From: Rhodobacter capsulatus SB 1003
GTDB taxonomy: Bacteria > Pseudomonadota > Alphaproteobacteria > Rhodobacterales > Rhodobacteraceae
Assembly: GCF_000021865.1 (NCBI RefSeq)
Contig: NC_014034.1
Location: forward strand, 2,070,001-2,102,000
Reading direction: 5' to 3'
DNA length: 32,000 nucleotides
Shown here: positions 26,996 through 32,000 of the stretch, piece by piece
Layout of the letters: each line of letters starts with the position of its first letter
Position numbering within the stretch: position 1 is the first letter of the stretch
Notes under the pieces: model-generated
Told to the model about the DNA's origin: nothing
What the model saw: the letters and a program-made list of their open reading frames with translations, nothing else
The model's database searches: none
Made by a program: the position numbers and the translations under genes

Positions 26996-28422
26996 CTGTC
27001 CTCCATGCCGTGCCGCGGGCGATGGCGCGGGGCGGCCGGACGGCGGCCGTTCAGCCACAGCCCGACCAGAAGACCGGCCATGCCCAGAAAGATGTAATCC
27101 AGATTGGGGCTCGACTTGACCACCAGCGCCCGGCACAGGCAGCCCGCCATCCCCAGTTTCAGCGCCGCCGCCAGCGGCCAGCGCAGCGCATCCGCCCGGT
27201 CGAACGGCAACCGGAACAGCCGCCACAGGAACAGCAACAGCAGCAAAAGCCCGATCAGCCCCGTCGTGCCCAGCGTCGCCGCGATCCAGCTTGACGCCCG
27301 CACCGAGCCAAGCCCCGCCCCAAGCCCCCAGGTGTCCAGGAAATTGCGATAGGCCTGCGCATCCCAGCTGCCGCGTTCCTCGGCCGATTGCGTCGAGAGC
27401 TTGTCGAGAAGCGCCCGGTCAAGGAACTGCGCGACCGCCGGAACGGTCTGGTAAAGCGTCACAAGGGCCAGAAGCACCAGCCCCAGCGCCGCAAGCCCGC
27501 CCAAGACCACCAGCGCCGCCCGCCGCGGCACCCCGGCCCGGCGCCGCCGGGTCAGCTCGAAAAGCCGCGGCAGCGCGAAGACGATCAGCAGCAAAAGCCC
27601 GCCCACATAGGCCGAAGACGAGGTCGAGCGCAGCCACAAGATCACCAGAAGCGCCAGCAGCCAGACCGGCCAGCGCCGCCCCGACCGGTCGTGATAGACC
27701 TGGCCCAGCCAGAAGCCGATCAGCCCGATCAGCACGTAACCATAGGACGAGGCTTCCGAAAACCCGCCGATCGGCCGGTTCAGCCCGGCCATCTCGTTGC
27801 CCAGCATCAGCGCGTAATTCGCCGTGCGCAAGGGCTGCAGGATCCAGCTGGTCCCCGTCGCCTGGGTGGCGATGTCCAGAAGGCCCAGACCGGCATGGCA
27901 GAGCGTCACCGCCGTCATCGCGCGCAGCACGATCCCCGGATCGGGGCGGCGCGCGGCGACCAGGGCGACGGCGAAAAACAGCAGCGTGCTCAGAAGCATG
28001 CGCAACAGCTGCGACAGGTTCCCGCCGCCCGGCGCCAGCGGCTGGCTGACGATCCCCGCCTCGTTGCCCGCCCGCGCCAGGCTGAAAACCTGCGTCGCGC
28101 CCGCAAACAGGCGCGGATAGAACAGCGTCGCGAAGACCGCATGGGCCAGAAACAGCGCCAGCACGATCCCCGCCCCGCGCGGCGCCAGGAGCCGGGCCAG
28201 ATCCTCGCCAAAGCCGCGCCGCAGCACCATCATGCAAGCCAGCGTCACCACCACCAGATCGCTGGCCAGAAGCGAGGTATTCCCCAGCGCGGGCAGGTTG
28301 ATCGCCGCCATCATGCCAAAGGGGATCGCCGCGAACAGCGCCACCACCGCCCCCGACGGGCCGCGCCAAAGCGCCCAGATCACGAAGGCCAGACCGAAAA
28401 GCGTGCTGGAAACGAATTGCAT
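26992..28422 (-). CDS. O-antigen polymerase/ligase-like (Wzy_C-type) membrane protein
   Basis: About 10-12 TM segments with a large loop region (RPIGGFSEASSYGY..., STSSSAY). The ATG at 28422 was chosen (MQFVSSTLFGLAF). The 400 upstream codons of the track ORF are Arg/Gln/Pro-rich antisense of wzx. Confidence 0.65.
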   Translation of the reverse strand: MQFVSSTLFGLAFVIWALWRGPSGAVVALFAAIPFGMMAAINLPALGNTSLLASDLVVVTLACMMVLRRGFGEDLARLLAPRGAGIVLALFLAHAVFATLFYPRLFAGATQVFSLARAGNEAGIVSQPLAPGGGNLSQLLRMLLSTLLFFAVALVAARRPDPGIVLRAMTAVTLCHAGLGLLDIATQATGTSWILQPLRTANYALMLGNEMAGLNRPIGGFSEASSYGYVLIGLIGFWLGQVYHDRSGRRWPVWLLALLVILWLRSTSSSAYVGGLLLLIVFALPRLFELTRRRRAGVPRRAALVVLGGLAALGLVLLALVTLYQTVPAVAQFLDRALLDKLSTQSAEERGSWDAQAYRNFLDTWGLGAGLGSVRASSWIAATLGTTGLIGLLLLLLFLWRLFRLPFDRADALRWPLAAALKLGMAGCLCRALVVKSSPNLDYIFLGMAGLLVGLWLNGRRPAAPRHRPRHGMEDR

Positions 28423-28533
28423 GAAGCCAGAGCGGGTCCGAGCTGGGGGCGTTGACGCCGGGGTGATTTCCGATATGCCTTGCTTTCGAAGGCGGTCTGG
28501 CGCCTTCACGGCACCCGCACAGTATAGGGGACA

Positions 28534-30024
28534 GTGGCAGCCCATGACCAGCGATTTGCCCCCCCCCGCCGCGGCGGCGGTCCCCGCTCCGCCCGGGCCA
28601 GCCGCGGACGGCGCGGCGCGGCGGCGATCTTCGCCTTTGTCGCGCGGGCGACGCAGCAGCTTTCGACCTTTGTCATCACCCTGCTGGCGGCGCGGTTCCT
28701 GACCCCGGCGGATTATGGCGTCTATGCGCTGGGCATCGTGTTCGTCACCCTGATCCAGACCCTCAGCTACACCGGCTTTTACCATTTCATCGTCACCGCG
28801 CGAGAGGACGACCGCGCCGTCGAGGCGACCAGTTTCTGGCTGCTGGCGGCGCTTTCGGTCGCCGCCTCGGCGCTGCTGGCACTGGCCGCGCCGCAGATCG
28901 CCGCCGTGCTGCATGCGCCCGAGCTGTGCCGGGTGCTGCAGCTTCTGGCGCTGGTGCAGCCGGTCGCGGGGCTTGGCGCCTGGTATTCGGCGGTGCTGCT
29001 GCGCCGTCAGCAGGTGAACCGGCATTTCCAGATCATGTTCTGGCAGAATGCGCTGGCGCTGGTGGGGGGCGTCTTGCTGCTCTGGTGGTGGCAATCGCTG
29101 CTGGCGCTGGTGGCCTTTCGCTGGCTGCGCGTGCTCTCGGCGCAGCTGCTCTACACGCTTTTGACGCCGATCCGGCCCGGGCGCGGCTTCGATCCGGCGC
29201 TGGCCTGGCAGGCGCTGCGCTATTCGGGCGGGCTTTACGGGTCGCGGTTCCTGAACTTTTTGCAGCTTTACGCGGGCGATCTGCTGCTGGGGCTGATGTT
29301 CACCACCGCCGAGGCCGGGCTTTACCGCTTTGGCAACCGCATCGCGGGCGGCGCGGTCGAGGTGGTGCAACAGCCGATGTCCAGCTTCGCGCTGACCCAG
29401 CTTGGCGCCGCCGCGCGGCAGGATCGCGACCTTTCGGCGCTGATCGCGCGCTTTGCGGGCACGGTCGCGGTGCTGACCGGCGGCGTCGCGGCGACGGTGA
29501 TCGTCTTTGCCCCCGTGCTGATGACCGAGGTCTTCAACCCCGCCTATGCGGCCGGGATCGGCGTCACCTATGCGATGGCGATGCGGGCGGTCTTCGGGCT
29601 TGGCGGGCTGCTGCTGGAACCGGCGCTGGCGGCGCAGCACAAGACCCGGCTGGGCATGATGTTCAACCTCGTCTTCGCGCTGGCGACGGTGCTGGCGGCG
29701 GCGCTGGCGGCGCCCTTCGGCCTGGCCGTGCTGGCCTGGAGCCAGGCCGGGACCGGCCTTCTGGGCACCGCCGCCGCGCTGTGGCTGCTGCGCCGCGAGG
29801 GCATCGCGATCGGCGCCGCGCTGCGGGCGCTTTGGCGCGCGCTCGGGCTGGTGCTGGGCTACGGGCTGGCGCTGGCGCTGGTCTGGCCAGAGCTGCAGGC
29901 GGGCTTCGGAACCGGGCTTGTCGGGCTTGGCCTTGGCCTTGCGGCGGCGGCGGCGCTGGGCGCGGTCACGCTGCTGCTGGGCTGGCGGCTGCGGGTCGTC
30001 AGCCTCTCCGCCTTTTCCGGCTGA
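28534..30024 (+). CDS. Wzx-like polysaccharide flippase (MOP/PST family)
   Basis: At least 12 TM segments. N-terminal [17 protein letters not shown] motif and central AGLYRFGNR motif are typical of PST exporters. The only in-frame start after the stop at 28525 is the GTG at 28534. Confidence 0.7.
   Translation: MAAHDQRFAPPRRGGGPRSARASRGRRGAAAIFAFVARATQQLSTFVITLLAARFLTPADYGVYALGIVFVTLIQTLSYTGFYHFIVTAREDDRAVEATSFWLLAALSVAASALLALAAPQIAAVLHAPELCRVLQLLALVQPVAGLGAWYSAVLLRRQQVNRHFQIMFWQNALALVGGVLLLWWWQSLLALVAFRWLRVLSAQLLYTLLTPIRPGRGFDPALAWQALRYSGGLYGSRFLNFLQLYAGDLLLGLMFTTAEAGLYRFGNRIAGGAVEVVQQPMSSFALTQLGAAARQDRDLSALIARFAGTVAVLTGGVAATVIVFAPVLMTEVFNPAYAAGIGVTYAMAMRAVFGLGGLLLEPALAAQHKTRLGMMFNLVFALATVLAAALAAPFGLAVLAWSQAGTGLLGTAAALWLLRREGIAIGAALRALWRALGLVLGYGLALALVWPELQAGFGTGLVGLGLGLAAAAALGAVTLLLGWRLRVVSLSAFSG
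28559..28567 (+). repeat. Homopolymeric C9 tract inside the first codons of wzx
   Basis: Counted directly: C at 28559-28567. An out-of-frame ATG lies at 28544. Confidence 0.9.
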
Positions 30025-30190
30025 TCGGGCGGCGCCCCGCCCGGCCGCACTTATTAACCATTTCGGCCTTAATTATTTCATAACCATAAAGCCAAGATGG
30101 CGGCTGTCTTCCCCCGTCGCGCGGGGCCCGGGGCCATTCCTGCCGGGACCCGAGGAGCCTCTGCGCGACCCAGCCCCGAAAGGACCCCGG

Positions 30191-30757
30191 ATGCGTGGCT
30201 TTCCGTTTTTCCAAATCAACCTTCTTGACCTGTTCAAGGCGCTCAAGGTGAACGTGCTCGACAATTCCGACAACCGGCTCAGCGCGGGGGCGGACAGCGA
30301 TTTCGTTCTGGGCCTTGGCGGCGCCGATTCCCTGGCCGGCAATGACGGCAACGACACCCTTCTGGGCGGCACCGGCAATGACCTGCTTCTGGGCGGCGCG
30401 GGCACCGACCGCATCGACGGCGGCGCGGGCAATGACGAGATCTACGGCGGCAAGGACGCCGACCGGCTCTTTGGCGGCAGCGGATCGGACACGCTTTCGG
30501 GCGATTTCGGCGCCGACACGCTGAGCGGCGGCACGGGGCGCGACACCTTTGTCTTTGTCGCGCGCACGGCCGATGCGACCGATGTCATCACCGATTTCGC
30601 CTTTGGCGAGACGATCCAGCTGAAGGGCTTTTCGGGCCATGCCAGCTACGAGACGGTGAACGGCAATGATGTCGCGGTCTCGATCGACGGCCATGTCATC
30701 GCGCTGCTCGAAGATGCGGCGGGCCGCGTCAGCGACGCCACCTTCACCTATGTCTGA
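30191..30757 (+). CDS. Small calcium-binding protein with hemolysin-type (RTX) nonapeptide repeats
   Basis: About eight consecutive GGxGxDxLx repeats ([45 protein letters not shown]...). No N-terminal signal peptide. ATG at 30191 with AAGGA upstream. Confidence 0.8.
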   Translation: MRGFPFFQINLLDLFKALKVNVLDNSDNRLSAGADSDFVLGLGGADSLAGNDGNDTLLGGTGNDLLLGGAGTDRIDGGAGNDEIYGGKDADRLFGGSGSDTLSGDFGADTLSGGTGRDTFVFVARTADATDVITDFAFGETIQLKGFSGHASYETVNGNDVAVSIDGHVIALLEDAAGRVSDATFTYV

Positions 30758-30763
30758 GCGCCG

Positions 30764-32000
30764 TCACGGCTGAGCGTCGCGACCCGCGTGGGCGAGCCCC
30801 GCGCGGGTCAGCTCTTCCTGCACCCGCCGCACGACGCCGCTCGCGGTGGGCAGATATTCGAACCGCCCCTGCCGCCCGACCGGCAGCACCCCCGCCTGCA
30901 CCAGCCGCTCCAGCACCGCCGCGCGCCGGGCAAGCTGGCCCGGGCGATACAGCGGATAGGCCTGCGGCGTCGTCACCGCGCCTTCCAGCCGCAGATCCTC
31001 GGCCAGACCCAGCCGCAGACATTGCGCGGCGAATTCGGCAAAGACCGTCTCGGGGCTCAGCGCCTCGCCGGGCAGAAGCGTCGCCTCGACCGAGAAATAC
31101 TCGCGCGTGATCGCCGGATCGGGGTAGATCCGGGAATAAAAGGTGGCGCGTTTCCACCGCCCCGCGCCGTGGAAGTTGAACAGAAGAGTGCCCGCGCCGG
31201 GCGCAAACCGCCCCGCCGAGACGAAAAGCGTCATCAGCGACAGGCTTTCAAAGCCGCTTTCCGTGCCGAAAACCGCGCGGTGCAGCGTGTCAAGGGGCGC
31301 CGCCCCGACCACGGTCGCGACGCGAAACCGCCCCGCCGGGCTGGTGACGACCATCCGCCCCGAAGCCTCGCGTTCGATCCGCGTCACCGGCGCCTGCAAC
31401 ACGACACGCCCCCCCGCGGCTTCCAGCTGTGCCCGGATGCGCTCGAAGAGCACGCCATAGCCCGCGCGCGGCCGCACCCGCAGCGGGTCCCGCGGCTTCA
31501 CCCGAAAGGCGCCGTGGCGCAGCCCGTTCCAGCCCGCCCGCGCCATCGCGGCGAAATCGGTCTGCCGGTGCACGAAGCGCATCCGGTCGACAAAGAATTC
31601 CTCGTCGATCGCCTCGGGCGGGCTGACGTTGAACCGCGCCACGTAATCGCGCAGCCCGGTGCCGCGGTAAAAGACCGGCCCGAGCCGGTTCACGCAGGCC
31701 CGCTCCAGCGTGCCGTCGCGCCGCAGCAAGAGCCGCGCCGCCAGCATCGCCGCCACCGCCCCCGCCAGCCGCGCCCGCGGCCAGCGGCGCAGATCGCGCA
31801 GCTCGATCGGGTAATGGCACAGCGTGCCTTCGGGATCGATCCGGCACTGCACGCGCTGCACCTGCGGGCACAGATCGCGCAGCCCCGGCGCAAGGTCGAA
31901 AAGCGCCGCCGTCTCCTCGTAAAAGATCGCGCCCAGATCGAAACTGTAGGGGCCGATCTCGACCGAATGATGCATCCCGCCGAGCCAGTCCCCGGCCTCG
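30764..32000 (-). CDS. FAD/NAD(P)-dependent oxidoreductase-like protein (amine oxidase / UDP-galactopyranose-mutase-like C-terminus), 5' end outside the window
   Basis: The reading frame stays open to base 32000, so the dinucleotide-binding N-terminus is probably upstream. The C-terminal GRQGRFEYL resembles the GRLxxYxYxxMD end of Glf-like flavoenzymes. The specific function is not established. Confidence 0.5.
   Translation of the reverse strand, partial: EAGDWLGGMHHSVEIGPYSFDLGAIFYEETAALFDLAPGLRDLCPQVQRVQCRIDPEGTLCHYPIELRDLRRWPRARLAGAVAAMLAARLLLRRDGTLERACVNRLGPVFYRGTGLRDYVARFNVSPPEAIDEEFFVDRMRFVHRQTDFAAMARAGWNGLRHGAFRVKPRDPLRVRPRAGYGVLFERIRAQLEAAGGRVVLQAPVTRIEREASGRMVVTSPAGRFRVATVVGAAPLDTLHRAVFGTESGFESLSLMTLFVSAGRFAPGAGTLLFNFHGAGRWKRATFYSRIYPDPAITREYFSVEATLLPGEALSPETVFAEFAAQCLRLGLAEDLRLEGAVTTPQAYPLYRPGQLARRAAVLERLVQAGVLPVGRQGRFEYLPTASGVVRRVQEELTRAGLAHAGRDAQP

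Noticed and set aside
28423-29640. 400-codon N-terminal extension of the Wzy-like ORF (track ORF 26992-29640)
   Set aside because: The extension is Arg/Gln/Pro-rich, non-membrane, and antisense to wzx. The hydrophobic Wzy-like protein begins at the ATG at 28422.
30027-30042. Terminator hairpin after wzx (GGGCGG-CGCC-CCGCCC)
   Set aside because: The stem is only 6 bp with no adjacent T tract, so it is too weak to call.
30069-30084. CtrA-type box (TTAA-N7-TTAAC) upstream of the RTX-repeat gene
   Set aside because: The sequence is TTAA-TTATTTC-ATAAC, so one half-site is mismatched. A single degenerate hit in an AT-rich patch is not evidence.

Overview
GC-rich DNA with a strong G/C third-codon-position bias (judged by eye, not computed). 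The gene content looks alphaproteobacterial, Rhodobacterales-like; that assignment is inference. The window has three blocks. (1) 1-8.8 kb is housekeeping: dcd (5'-partial), guaB, a TehA/SLAC1-like channel, a FemAB/GNAT-like acyltransferase, a FadL-like outer membrane protein, an EamA transporter, a P-loop ATPase, metA and tRNA-Val(TAC). (2) 8853-19971 is an ~11.1 kb island integrated into the 3' end of tRNA-Val and bounded by a perfect 23-bp direct repeat. It carries a tyrosine integrase, a truncated IS5-family transposase and a four-ORF operon on the minus strand. The operon ORFs (45-aa peptide, Zn-finger-like 219-aa protein, RNase HI, ParB-like protein) are joined by three ATGA stop/start overlaps and preceded by ~660 nt with no convincing CDS. 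The island also carries a small serine recombinase followed by a type I R-M operon, hsdM-hsdS-hsdR. (3) 20-32 kb is a surface-polysaccharide (Wzx/Wzy-type) cluster: WecA-like initiating transferase, secreted hypothetical, phosphomannomutase, GDP-mannose pyrophosphorylase/PMI, SDR epimerase, putative sulfotransferase, Wzy-like polymerase, Wzx-like flippase, a small RTX-repeat protein and a 5'-partial FAD oxidoreductase. Most other long ORFs in the track are antisense or out-of-frame shadow ORFs, as expected in high-GC DNA. The best candidate for an undescribed system is the peptide/Zn-finger/RNase HI/ParB-like operon next to the type I R-M inside the tRNA island. Secondary curiosities are a res-like site cluster, a 15-bp tandem repeat upstream of manC, a C9 tract at the wzx start, and a sulfotransferase translationally coupled to wzy.
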